This document shows positions 52,138 to 64,000 of a DNA stretch of 64,000 nucleotides, in pieces. Numbering within the stretch: position 1 is the first letter of the stretch; each line of letters begins with the position of its first letter. Position numbers and translations under genes: made by a program. The notes below the pieces were generated by a model. The model had not been told where the DNA came from. It worked only from the letters and a program-made list of their open reading frames with translations, and searched no databases. Source of the stretch: Parasitella parasitica NRRL 2501. Lineage: Eukaryota > Fungi > Mucoromycota. The stretch is taken from the NCBI GenBank assembly GCA_025201805.1, contig MU619262.1, positions 197,817 to 261,816 of the forward strand. Direction: 5' to 3'.

Positions 52138-55100
52138 ATGGCAGACGGTAAGTGGATGGGCAGTATATCTTATTGGAGACGGTGCATACTAAAGAATCAA
52201 TTAATGTCGTAGATATTGAAAACGAAATCAAGGCAGCTCAAACGAAACGCACTAAAATCACAGACAAAGACATCAGTAAAGCCGTGCTCGATAATGAAAA
52301 CCACGCCAGCTTGACTGGCCTCTCGTACGACACAGACCTCTATACGACAGACAAATTTGCCGGCTACTCTACATCATTGGCTGCGGACGACGAGGAAGAT
52401 GAGGACGATGAAGTATATCAAGAAACAAAACGCAGATTAAACTCTTACACAGCATCAAAAGACATTTTGAACGAAGCAAGAGAAGGCTCTGATGCTCATG
52501 ATCCGTTTGCCGATACAATGCGTGAACGTACAATTGCCGGCAGACAAGATGAATATCAGCAACGCAGATTCAATCGCATGCTGTCACCTAGCAGAAAAGA
52601 CGCCTTCAGCCAAAATCAAGTTGATGAGGGAGAATCTAGAACTTATTCAGAGGTTGCTCGCGAAGCAGAATTAGAGAGAGAAGAAAAGCGAGTTCTAGCT
52701 ATCATTGCTCAAAAGAAGAAGGAGGAATCCGAGACTGGTGTTAGTGCTCGAGTGCAACAACAACAGCATGTAGAGGAAACACCAACCTCCCGCAAAAAGA
52801 GAAGATGGGACGTAGCCACGCCTATCAGCCAAAACGTGGATGCTACGCCTGTTGGCAGCGCTAAAAGATCTCGCTGGGACGCGACTCCTGTACGCAGCAA
52901 CGACCCTGACGCCACGCCTGTTCGTTCCTCCGAGTGGGATGCGGATGCCACTCCTCGCGACACAGCCAAAAGATCTCGTTGGGACGCAACTCCTGTTGCT
53001 GGCTCTGTGAATGATTTATCAATGGCGACACCTGTTGGCGGTATGGGTATGATGACACCTACGCCTGGCCAAATGTCTCAACTGACTGCTGAAGCTACAA
53101 ATGCGTTGCGTTGGGAGCGTGAATTAGATAGTCGCAATAGGCCTCTTTCTGACGAGGAACTGGATGCCATGTTCCCTACTACCGGCTACAAGGTCCTTGA
53201 ACCTCCAGCAGGCTATGAGCCTATTCGTACACCTGCTCGTAAATTGACAGCTACTCCCACACCCATGGGAGACAACGGTTTTGTCATGCATGAAGAACAA
53301 AGGCAAGTTGTAGCTCTAGATCTTCCTCAAGAGATTCCAGGTGTCGGTGCTTTGCCATTCTTTAAGGAAGAAGATATGCAACACTTTGGCAAATTGTTGG
53401 ACGATAAAGATGAAGGAGCCATGTCAATGGATGAACTCAAAGAGCGTAAAATCATGCGTCTGCTTTTAAAAATCAAGAATGGCACGCCTCCTATGCGTAA
53501 AGGTGCTTTGCGTCATATCACTGACAAGGCTCGTGATTTCGGTCCTGGCCCGCTATTCAACCAAATCCTGCCATTGCTCATGTCGCCCACGTTGGAAGAC
53601 CAAGAACGCCATCTTTTGGTCAAGGTCATTGATCGTATTCTGTATAAACTGGATGATTTAGTCCGCCCCTTTGTTCACAAGATTTTGGTTGTTATTGAAC
53701 CTCTTTTGATCGACGAGGATTACTATGCTCGCGTAGAAGGCCGTGAAATTATCTCTAATCTGTCAAAGGCTGCTGGTCTCCCTACCATGATTACTACTAT
53801 GCGTCCAGATATTGATCATGCTGATGAATATGTGCGTAATACCACTGCTCGTGCTTTCTCTGTTGTGGCCTCAGCTCTTGGTATTCCAGCCCTCTTGCCT
53901 TTCTTGAAGGCTGTTTGTCGCTCCAAAAAGTCATGGCAAGCTCGCCATACTGGTATCAAGATTGTGCAGCAAATCGCCATTCTTTTAGGCTGTGCTGTGT
54001 TGCCTCATCTCAAAAATTTGGTTGAAGCCATAGGCCATGGCCTTGAGGATGAACAACAAAAGGTGCGCACCATCACAGCTTTGGCTATCGCTGCTTTAGC
54101 TGAAGCTGCTGCTCCTTATGGTATTGAATCGTTTGATTCTGTTCTCAAGCCTTTGTGGACAGGTATTCGCAAACATCGTGGTAAGGGTCTTGCTGCCTTT
54201 TTGAAGGCCATTGGTTACATTATCCCTTTGATGGATGATGAATATGCCAACTACTATACAAAAGAAGTGATGGTCATCCTGATTCGAGAGTTTCAATCCC
54301 CTGACGAAGAAATGAAAAAGATTGTCTTGAAAGTGGTCAAACAATGCGCTGCCACGGACGGTGTTATGCCTGCCTATATCAAAGAAGAGATTTTGCCCGA
54401 GTTCTTCAAGCATTTCTGGGTACGCCGTATGGCTCTTGATCGTCGTAATTATAAGCAAGTAGTCGAAACCACTGTCGAACTTGCCAATAAAGTGGGTGTT
54501 GCTGAGATTGCTAGTCGCATCGTCAATGATTTGAAGGATGAGAGCGAACCCTATCGTAAAATGGTCATGGAAACAATCGAGAAGATTGTGTCCAACCTGG
54601 GTGCTGCTGACATTGATCCTCGGTTAGAAGAGCTACTGATTGATGGTATCTTGTATGCTTTCCAAGAACAAACTGTAGAAGATGTTGTCATGTTGAATGG
54701 TTTTGGCACAGTTGTCAATGCACTTGGCATGCGTATCAAACCCTACCTCCAGCAAATTTGTTACACTATTTTATGGCGTCTTAACAACAAATCCGCCAAG
54801 GTGCGTCAACAAGCTGCGGATTTAATTTCACGCATTGCTGTTGTTATGAAAAGCTGTGGTGAGGAGAGCCTAATGAGCCAGCTTGGTCAAATTCTTTATG
54901 AATATTTGGGCGAAGAATATCCAGAGGTTTTGGGTTCCATCTTGGGAGCACTTAAATCCATTGTCAATGTTATTGGTATGGCTAGTATGACACCACCCAT
55001 TAAAGACTTGCTCCCTCGCTTAACACCCATTCTGCGTAATCGTCATGAGAAGGTACAAGAGAACTGCATTGATCTGGTGGGCCGTATTGCTGATCGTGGA

Positions 55101-55947
55101 GCGGAATATGTCTCTGCTCGGGAATGGATGCGTGTTTGTTTCGAACTGCTGGATCTTTTAAAGGCACACAAAAAGGGTATTCGTCGTGCTTCTGTCAATA
55201 CCTTTGGTTATATTGCCAAGGCCATTGGCCCTCAAGACGTATTGGCTACATTACTCAACAATCTTAAGGTGCAAGAACGTCAAAATCGTGTGTGTACAAC
55301 AGTTGCTATCGCTATTGTAGCAGAAACTTGTGCTCCCTTTACCGTTTTGCCTGCTTTAATGAATGAATATAGGGTCCCTGAGCTGAACGTGCAAAATGGT
55401 GTCTTGAAATCGCTTTCTTTTATTTTTGAATACGTTGGCGAAATGGGTAAAGATTATATCAATGCTGTAGCACCGCTCTTGGAAGACGCTTTAATGGATC
55501 GTGATCTTGTTCACAGACAGACTGCATGTACCACTATCAAACACATGGCATTAGGTGTTGTTGGCCTTGGGTGTGAAGATCCTCTCCGCCATTTACTCAA
55601 TTACATTTGGCCCAATATCTTTGAAACTAGGTAAGTTTCTTTTTAATTCATCCTTTGTTTTTTTTTTTATTTTGTTTTTTAATTGATATCTTTTGTCTAG
55701 TCCTCATGTCATCAACGCAGTGATGGAGGCTATTGAAGGTCTTCGCGTGGCGCTTGGCGCAGCAACAATCCTCCAATACACTGTACAAGGCCTTTTCCAC
55801 CCGGCAAGAAAAGTCCGTGAGGTTTATTGGAAGATTTATAACACATTATATATTGGTAGTCAAGATGCTTTGGTCCCATTCTATCCAAGGCTAGAGGATG
55901 ATGAACGAAACAAGTATCGACGTACGGAATTGGATTACGTTCTCTAA
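52138..55947 (+). CDS. SF3B1: U2 snRNP splicing factor SF3B1/Hsh155 (3 exons)
   Basis: RWDATP repeats, [15 protein letters not shown] region [11 protein letters not shown] and C-terminal ELDYVL. Introns 52148-52212 and 55631-55700. Confidence 0.99.
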
Positions 55948-56174
55948 TCACATCATTCTTTGTTATTCATAACACAAATTATATAATAAAACGCACTACT
56001 ACATCATTTCAGACAAAGTTTATGTCATTTTTTATTCAGTTCTAAAAACTATCAGTCGCCTACTTTAATATCATCTTTTGTATTGCAAACAATATCTATT
56101 GCCTGTCTCTGAGTTCTTCTACAATGTCATATGTAGTAGGCATCAATACACACGTTTTCAAATATGATAATACA

Positions 56175-56175
<1 letters not shown>

Positions 56176-56229
<54 letters not shown>
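56176..56229. repeat. (TAA)n microsatellite
   Basis: About 18 perfect units between the convergent SF3B1 and PRS genes. Confidence 0.95.
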
Positions 56230-56230
<1 letters not shown>

Positions 56231-56650
56231 CCCCTCTTTAGACGTTATGATATCAATAAACCACTAGTAAGGGCAAATCTAGTTGTATAGTAGTAGTGGT
56301 TAAATAACAAAATAATGCCAAGTTGCTAAATAGTGTTGAGATCACGATTCACGCCCTCAAGTAATAGCAATACATATCCAAACTTGTACCTTGTCTATTG
56401 CTAGGCAATTACTTTTATAACAACTACAGCACATAGGACTGATCAACGATATGCAAATATACCTCTATGGTAAGAGATCTAAATTAATCTACACTTTGTT
56501 TTCCGGATCAAGACAACGAATATTAAATAACGATCCCAATTTTTATGGTTTAAAATTACATAACTAAAGACAAGCTAACTTGCAGAATTATAATTGTAAA
56601 TTTTCTCAAATTTACTGCTGCATCTGTATATAATTTATTGTACAAGCATA

Positions 56651-56687
<37 letters not shown>

Positions 56688-56749
56688 TGTATATATATAT
56701 TATCGCCAGTCAAAAATGTTTTGTTCTGTTGAGTGAAACGGGCATTGTC

Positions 56750-57972
56750 TTAAGCTTCTTCAAATAATTTTGACAGTGATTCACCAAAGTGTGTACGACG
56801 AATAGCTTCTGAAAACAGAGAGGTTACATCAAATACTTTGATCTTTGGGTGGGTCACATGTTCCGCTTGAGGTACCGAGTTACTAACGATTAGTTCATCA
56901 ATGACACTTTGATCGATATGATTTACAGCGTCAGCAGAAAGGATGGCATGGCTCACAAGAGCATATATTTTATGAGCACCCTTCTCTTTTAATAAACGTG
57001 CTGCTTTTGTAATTGTATATGAGGTATCGGTAATATCATCGATCAAGATACAATTGCGACCACGCACATCTCCAACCAGCATCGACTCTTTCTTCTGAGA
57101 GTGGACCTTGGGACGTTCTTTATGAACAAGCGCAAAATCCATACATAACTTCTCGGCAATTGAAGTTGCTCTACACAATTTCCGTCAAAAATTCAACCCA
57201 CTATAGAAGTGTACTATACAATTTCGTACCTTTTAGCTCCACCCGCATCAGGAGATACAATGACAGCTCCGGAATAATCAGGGATGTTTAGGCGGATATA
57301 GTTGGTAACTGTGTACAAGCTGGTGAGATTGTCGACAGGACAATCAAAGAATCCAGGGTACTGGGCATCGTGAAGATCCATAGTGATGATGTGATCAGCA
57401 CCTACTCAGAATTCAATACATCTTTATAACCGAGAATAGTTAAAATAGCTAAAATTACCAGCACAGGTTAAGAGATCTGCAATCAATACGCCAGGACGAG
57501 CACGCCACTCTCTGTAAGGAGCATTGTCCTTCTTTTGCTCTTCAACAGAAGCTTGGCCAAGTTTGCGCAACAATTGGCTGGATACATCATCTACTTTGTT
57601 GGGTTGATTAGGCTGATAGGGCGGTGTCTGGGGAGGTAGAAATGTCAGTGGAGCTCCTGATTGTTTGAAGGGAACATCAGGCTGACGAGAATATGGAAAA
57701 TAAGGAATGACAGCAGTGATGCGTTTAGCGGAAGCAATTTTACAGCCATTGATCATGATAAGCAATTCGATGAAATTGTCATTGACACTACCACAGGCAC
57801 TTTGAATAATGTAGACATCTTGCTCACGAACGGACTCCTTCATTTCGACGCTAGTTTCGTTGTTGGAGAACTTGCTGAGACAAGTTTTGCCCGGTGAAAT
57901 GCCCAAACGATTGCAAACCTTCTCAGTAAAATCAGGATGAGAAGAGCCGCCAAGTACAACAAGATTTCTCAT
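56750..57972 (-). CDS. PRS5: Ribose-phosphate pyrophosphokinase, Prs5-like subunit with an insertion (3 exons)
   Basis: [31 protein letters not shown], a ~50 aa insertion, then [28 protein letters not shown] and [14 protein letters not shown]. Confidence 0.85.
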
Positions 57973-58199
57973 TTTGTTTATATGTTGCAAATGTTTGTGT
58001 TTGACAAGAAGAATATCTGATCGAGATGAAGAAAAGCTTTTCTTTGCGTCGTGACTACAGTGTTTCTCCAAGGACGAATTAAATGATTTATTTGTCTAAA
58101 AGGTAGCTAAATTACATTACAGTATCGTATTGGGAATACTGGATACTTGGAAGATTATTCGTAAAGGAAGATTTTTATTAATCGTTGTAATTTCTAAGT

Positions 58200-59303
58200 T
58201 TATGAAATGGAACTACTACAAGTCGAAACAACTGTAGAAAATCCAGTAGTTTCATTTTTTTGGAGCTTTAATCTACCTTCAGCCAAGTCCTTTACGACTT
58301 TCTCAACCTCTTTAAACGAGTCAAAGCCAATATAAGGGATACCATGACGATCACAATAGGTTACAAGGTCTCTGCCATTTCTAGCAAACAAAACATCAGC
58401 ATGCCTGGCAGCAGATATATCTGACACGCCATCACCACAAAATACAAAAATAGTTTCATCAGACACACTTGATCGAGCCTTTATTATAGCTAATTTGACA
58501 GCTTTAATATACAAACGAGCAGCGCATGCAAGAAAGGGTCAACTTACTTTTAGACTTGTCGTTACCGTAGGGACTATAAAAGATATGAGTAGATTGTCAT
58601 CATGCCAAAATATTTTCCTTACGTATCATCAATGTAAAGAATCTCCCATTCTCTACCTTCAATTCTTCCATTATTTGCCACGATATTGAGCTCATCTGCC
58701 TCCTTGCCCATGTACTTGACAAGAACCTTGTAAATCAATGGCCTCATCCCACTAAAAAAAATCATAAAGTAAGTGATCTTTGGCAAACTGACAGCTTTGG
58801 CTCAGCATTACCTGCTCACAACAGTAACTGGAATAGCATTCTTCTTACAGTACTCATAAAATCCAGGAAAGCCTGGGTCAATACTACATTCTATTTATAA
58901 TATATGCTCATGATTAAATAACCACGATGCTTGACTTTATTGAACTACAATTGACTGGAACTTACTGCTTAAATGATCATTCCAAGCCTCTTCCCAGGAC
59001 AAAGTACAGGAGGCCCACATTTTGTACACAGCATCTCTATTTAAGATTCTAGTAAAGTGTTTTTTTTAAAAATTTTGTCAAGTTGCTACCTATATGGAGT
59101 TTCATGGTCCATAATCTGACGTTCCAATTCTTTCCTAGCTTTACTTCCCATGCAACGAGGATCATCAATGATCAAAACACCAGTATCTGCGTGCCGATTC
59201 ATTTAGTCTTAAGTATCTAAACTCAAAAACTACCTTATGTACCTTCAATAGACAATGTGCCATCGAAGTCTGTAAAAACTTGGATATTAACCTTGGATGA
59301 CAT
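58200..59303 (-). CDS. HAD-superfamily phosphatase (MtnX/Pyp1-like; 7 exons)
   Basis: VFTDFDGTLSIE|DT, IDPGF..VTVVS|SG, YGNDKS and FCGDGVSDISAARHADVLFA. Confidence 0.9.
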
Positions 59304-60346
59304 TTTATAGCTATGACTGAAAGAGTTGGGAAATATTTTTTTTCTTTCAACCCGGAATTGAAAAAACACAAATGAATTGACTGGAGAGTAGTCGATTTTT
59401 GAAACATTGAAAGCCTTCGCAAATAGACTAAAAATGTTCAACATGCAAAAAAGCTATGGTAGCCCCACCCCCCCCCAGGTTGCTGTGAATCCTGCAAGAA
59501 TCGTCAGGCTTAAGTATATATCGATTATACGTGGTTTGGCAAAGTATTTAATACAACACTTTCTTCAGATGTCCTTTTTTTAAAAACACATTGGTTTGAT
59601 TGCAATGGCTGTTTTGAAAAAGAATAGACGATTACATTTCTAAAATTTTGTCTTTTGCACAGCACAGAACAGAACAGTATTTTACCCAAGACACAATGAA
59701 GTGTGCCTGATGATTAGACATAAAAGTCTTTGATAATGAGGTACAAGTTCAATGTATATTCTTGTACAACACTGATGGACCGATTCAAGCAACTGCATTA
59801 AAAAAAAAGGGCCAGAAAAAAATTTGTTATAATATGTGTTGATCGAATATGATCCAGATTACACCAAAGCTGGTATCAAGCTGTCATTTTAGGCTTCGAC
59901 TGAACAAAATGTATACTTATAATTGAAAAACGAATATTCTTTAGGTGAAGATTACTCTAAATTTTTTGTGAAAAAATTATTTTTTAGGTCTACCATCAAA
60001 CGCTCTACAGACTTAATTAGATAGCAAGTATTTATTGTTTGGTACTGAATTGTTTCAACCACAACAACAATAAGCAAGTAGGTAGTTGTATGCTTGGTGA
60101 AGGGGCTATAATGGTAGATTGAACAGCGTAACAGATCATAACCAAGAAACCAATGTTAAAACAACATGAGTTTCGCAAAGGACTTGGTCGCTTATTTTTA
60201 CAGTGTTTTGTTGCAGAAAATCATCAGATAAGTACCCCCTTCTCATTAATCAAGCCAATAATATTGTTCGAAGCTCTCTCTTTGAATATTCCCTTTGGCT
60301 CATGAGTTCCTCTTCTCCTTTTTCTTTACTTTTCTTTTTCTATAAA

Positions 60347-62107
60347 ATGATTGTACGAAACTGCTATTCTGCAATAATAGCTGTGAATATACTCTTATTT
60401 CACTTGGGTCTGCTACATGCGTCGATTGATCACCAAATAACAGATTGCAGCCACCCAAGCAACTACTCTGACTTTACAATCTTATTGATAAACAAAACCA
60501 TTGTAGTTACTGCTGGAAATTCAGTGAGTTTTTTTTTGTGTGTTCAACTAATTGATCCCATCAGCTTTACTGACTTTCAAGCAGAAAAACCTGCAAGTCT
60601 GGCAACAGGATATATCAAATGGGTTGAATGTTCACCAAAACTGCTGGACAAATATGTTTGATAACAGCGTTGACGAAGTAGCAACAAACACGGCAAAAGG
60701 ATATCTGCCGTATAAACATGGAATAGGGTTCAGGGTATCAGACAGTTTATTCGCTGTGCAGGGAGGCGATAATGCATCAACGTCGATGTCAAAGTTGGCC
60801 TACTTTGACCTTGCAACTCACTCATGGTCTAGCCGTAAGAACATATAAAAGATAGCAGATACAAAGATAACAGGGGTATTAATTTGATCATACAGCGATA
60901 ACGCAAGGCAGCGAACCGTCGCCAAGAGCTCGCATGTCTGTGTCATTGAATGCAACGAGCAGCATTGCTTGGTTTTATGGAGGTCGAACAGAATTAACGG
61001 ATCAATCAAGTGACTATGTAAATGGACACCGAAATACAAAAATAATGAAATACCAACGATTTCTGTAGTTCAACTCGTTTTATTATTTCGACATTCAAAC
61101 ATCCACCTGGAACTGGCCTGATACCTACTATTCTGGGGGGCATAGACCAGCAAGATATGGCCACAGTAGCAATTTAATGTGAGATTTGCCAAGCCAAAAG
61201 TAAAAAGATGTGAAAAATTAATTGTTTGGTAGATCTGAGCGCCTGTTTATTATTGGTGGCAAAACGGCGGTTCATTCTGCTGATTCTAATAGCTGGGTGC
61301 AGTCGTCTGGTGATTTCCAGAGCGTATTAATATATGACACTGCTCATCACCAAGCGATTACCATGGCCACGATTGGAGATATCCCACCGGCTAGATACAG
61401 GTAATTGACAAGAATTCTCTTGTGACCCTACAGCTTCTAAACACCACATCAGCTTTTCTACCGTCAATGGTCTTGATGGAAAATCCATCGTTTTATTTGG
61501 CGGTCAGAACGCAACTGATACACAGGGATTTGATGCTACGAATGATGTCTACGTACTGGATACGTGCACCTTGAAATGGTCTCGGCCTGTCATTAGCGGC
61601 GAACCGCCTGTTGCTCGTGCAGGCCACGAAGCAATTGTTTATGGAGATCAATATATGATTGTCGTGATGGGAATACAGAATTACGATAGTCTTGCAGGCC
61701 CAATTTACACGGATGAAACTGCTATTTTGGACATGAAATCATGGACTTGGGTTAGTCAAATACCTGCAACGAGCATAATCACTACGTTGGCTACACCTAC
61801 TTGTAAATTTACGTTTCCTGTTGTGATACCAAACACTGATGGTGACGATGGAGATTATAACAATAGTGGCAATGCCACGGTTGTGTCCAATACAAATAGA
61901 TCACCTACAACGACACAATTGGCCGTTGGGATTACGTTTGGTATCCTTGGGTTCCTACTATTGTCTACGGGTGCCGTTATATTCATAATGAGAATTAGAA
62001 GAGATGTCGATGCCAAGCAGAATCCAAGATGGGTGCCCAGCGTATTCAAGAGAAAAAACAGAGAGAGATTGTCATCGACATCTGTATCGTCAACAACATC
62101 TTCTTAA
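60347..62107 (+). CDS. Kelch-repeat type I membrane protein (about 6 exons)
   Basis: Signal peptide, kelch blades (RPARYGHSS, LFIIGG, IPPARY|SFS, IVLFGG, PVARAGHEA), a Thr-rich stalk and TM segment LAVGITFGILGFLLLSTGAVIFI. Confidence 0.85.
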
Positions 62108-62271
62108 TTGTACATACATTACATACCTTGCATTATTTACATAATCCATAGCCTTGCGCTAAACATAAAGATCACATACTAGCTGTTACACTAAGCAACC
62201 AAAAGAAAACCCACCTTTTGTCAGGTTTGCTTGACAACATTAAATCTACTTATATAAAGTTAAGCTTTTAG

Positions 62272-63663
62272 ATGATATGTAAAATTTCCCCATTTTCAAT
62301 GCACTATTCAAACATGTGCGATGCTTCATCGTATGATAAAAACACTGGCTATTACCGAGGAGCACCAATCTCGAATGCAGAAGACTCTCGCCAGATGTCT
62401 CGGCAGGATTTAGTGGCTACTCCTTGGGATGATGACAATTTCTCGCTGTGTCTTGATACGTTTCCTTTGTCTCGTTTAGCTAGAACAAAATACAATCAAT
62501 ACCCCTCGACTGCATCACCATTAAGAAAGCATTGGGACTCTTCTTCAAGCTGTTCATCCGATCCTATGAATGTGAACGATAGGGAAATCACTTATGCTTT
62601 AAAAGATACTCCACTGCCAGGTTTAACAGAGACCGAAAAAAAATTGACTTTTACCAAGAGCAAGAAAAGCAGATCCATAGCTACTCTCGACAGAGTTTCG
62701 TCCAAGCAGGATACTGCCGTTGTTGGCGGTGTATTTCCTTACAAAAATAACTCCAACTTCTTAGCTCGCGTCAATTCTGAAAAGAACCCAAACAAGGTCA
62801 TTGCACGGCCAAAGCCTATTCAACGCAGTAATAATAACGGCAGAGTAGAGCATATCTCGCCATTGTTTAGCTCACCTACTATTCTCCAAAATGAAAATAA
62901 TGTATTGAATAAGTCGTCTTCTTTGTCAAGATCACCTTTTACGTACAAATCGTCAAATTCATCAGTCAAAAGCAAGTTTTCAGGCCATAGCACAATGTCT
63001 TTTCCTACTGCTAATGCTGCTGCTCATCGACCGCAGCAAGATCATATTTGCAGCAATGAAAGTCAATTTTCTGACAGTCAATACTCTTACAGTGGTGAGA
63101 GCTGGAAACTAGTGCAGAGAAAATACAGCAGTTCAGCCATCGCTGTGATGCCTTCTTCACCTCCAATATCTCAATATGGCGATCCACAGTATCAAATAAC
63201 TGTATCTAGAAGCTGTTCATCTCCGCGACACCAGATGCAGCAAGCCACGTATTCATCCAGCAGATCTGCTAGTGTAATATGCTGCGACGCATATTCTAAC
63301 GGAAAGCATTCTCCTCTGCAATATAGCAACAGTGTTGGCTCTTTGGGTGGCTTCTACACGCCACAAGGATCTCCTGTACCTTCAATTGCTTCTCGCCATG
63401 GCAACGAATCTATTTCTTCTTATCGTTCCCTCCCAGTACTCAGAAATGCTGACCATCTTGTGCTTTACTCGGACGATGGATTATCATCCCACTGCGAACC
63501 AGCCAGCGCAAAAAACCGAGATTCCACTTACTCTCAAGTATTTGATCCTGCTTATAACGGAAAAAGAAAAAATACGCATCACAAGAAGGTCTCAGTGAGC
63601 ATCTTTACAAAATTGGTCAAGAATTTAAAGCAGCATTTTATCAAAACTGCCAGCAAGGAATGA
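62272..63663 (+). CDS. Ser-rich, probably disordered hypothetical protein
   Basis: An uninterrupted 463-codon ORF in AT-rich DNA with no recognisable domain. The start codon is uncertain. Confidence 0.7.
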   Translation: MICKISPFSMHYSNMCDASSYDKNTGYYRGAPISNAEDSRQMSRQDLVATPWDDDNFSLCLDTFPLSRLARTKYNQYPSTASPLRKHWDSSSSCSSDPMNVNDREITYALKDTPLPGLTETEKKLTFTKSKKSRSIATLDRVSSKQDTAVVGGVFPYKNNSNFLARVNSEKNPNKVIARPKPIQRSNNNGRVEHISPLFSSPTILQNENNVLNKSSSLSRSPFTYKSSNSSVKSKFSGHSTMSFPTANAAAHRPQQDHICSNESQFSDSQYSYSGESWKLVQRKYSSSAIAVMPSSPPISQYGDPQYQITVSRSCSSPRHQMQQATYSSSRSASVICCDAYSNGKHSPLQYSNSVGSLGGFYTPQGSPVPSIASRHGNESISSYRSLPVLRNADHLVLYSDDGLSSHCEPASAKNRDSTYSQVFDPAYNGKRKNTHHKKVSVSIFTKLVKNLKQHFIKTASKE

Positions 63664-63800
63664 GTGATATATTTAAGAAACTAATAAAAAATGCAATCAT
63701 TTCCAGTGCTTTCAAATATATATTTTGTCTGGAATACACGCCTACGTATGCATGTCTAGCGTTTCTACTGTTTATTCTGTATAGTTTATATTTTTATCAT

Positions 63801-64000
63801 CTACCACTGAGTGATGTCTACTTCAGCTTCACCAAACAGGCTGGTTTTCGTAGCCTTGACAACTTGGCTTTGTTCGAGTTCCTCATCGGTAATTGTAATC
63901 GAGCTGTAAATTTCAGGCACAACGCGCTTGATAAAGTTCAAGAGATGGCGATTAATTTGGTCAAATTCAAGCAAAAATCCATCGTGCCCGTCAGGAGAGT
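63801..64000 (-). CDS. MET2: Homoserine O-acetyltransferase, 3' end only (absent from the ORF track)
   Basis: The minus strand translates as SPDGHDGFLLEFDQIN..ATKTSLFGEAEVDITQW*, containing the catalytic GHDxFL motif. Confidence 0.9.
   Translation of the reverse strand, partial: SPDGHDGFLLEFDQINRHLLNFIKRVVPEIYSSITITDEELEQSQVVKATKTSLFGEAEVDITQW

Noticed and set aside
53900-55250. Unusual substitutions at SF3B1 hotspot or drug-resistance positions
   Set aside because: The equivalents of K666, K700 and R1074 appear wild-type.
59708-59776. Possible C/D box snoRNA (TGATGA...CTGA)
   Set aside because: No convincing terminal stem and no rRNA-complementary guide that I could recognise.
3644-62107. 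U12-type (minor) introns
   Set aside because: None of the reconstructed introns shows an RTATCCTT donor or AT-AC ends.
6031-64000. THR4, MET2 and CblD as a homoserine/methionine gene cluster
   Set aside because: They are spread over 58 kb with more than 20 unrelated genes between them.

Overview
This is eukaryotic, intron-rich, AT-rich fungal DNA, most likely Mucoromycota/Mucorales. That call is inferred from the WKNNGNT-type WRKY domain, the CblD/MMADHC and sestrin genes, and the ~50-70 nt introns. I reconstructed 25 complete protein-coding genes by hand, plus a partial MET2 at the right edge, one pseudogene, three assembly gaps and several homopolymer or microsatellite tracts. I found no rRNA, tRNA, CRISPR array or identifiable transposase. 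The most notable items are: (1) a decayed gene at 31602-33626 whose motifs match, in order, the metazoan TORC1 inhibitor PRAS40/AKT1S1; (2) its position in a ~16 kb stretch with RPS6, eIF4E, RPS7, Ras and sestrin, all TORC1/growth-axis genes; (3) structured introns in both ribosomal-protein genes, including a candidate uORF/NMD splice switch in the RPS7 5' UTR; (4) a cobalamin-trafficking CblD gene; (5) a fungal WRKY factor. Homology calls come from recalled motifs; no searches were run.
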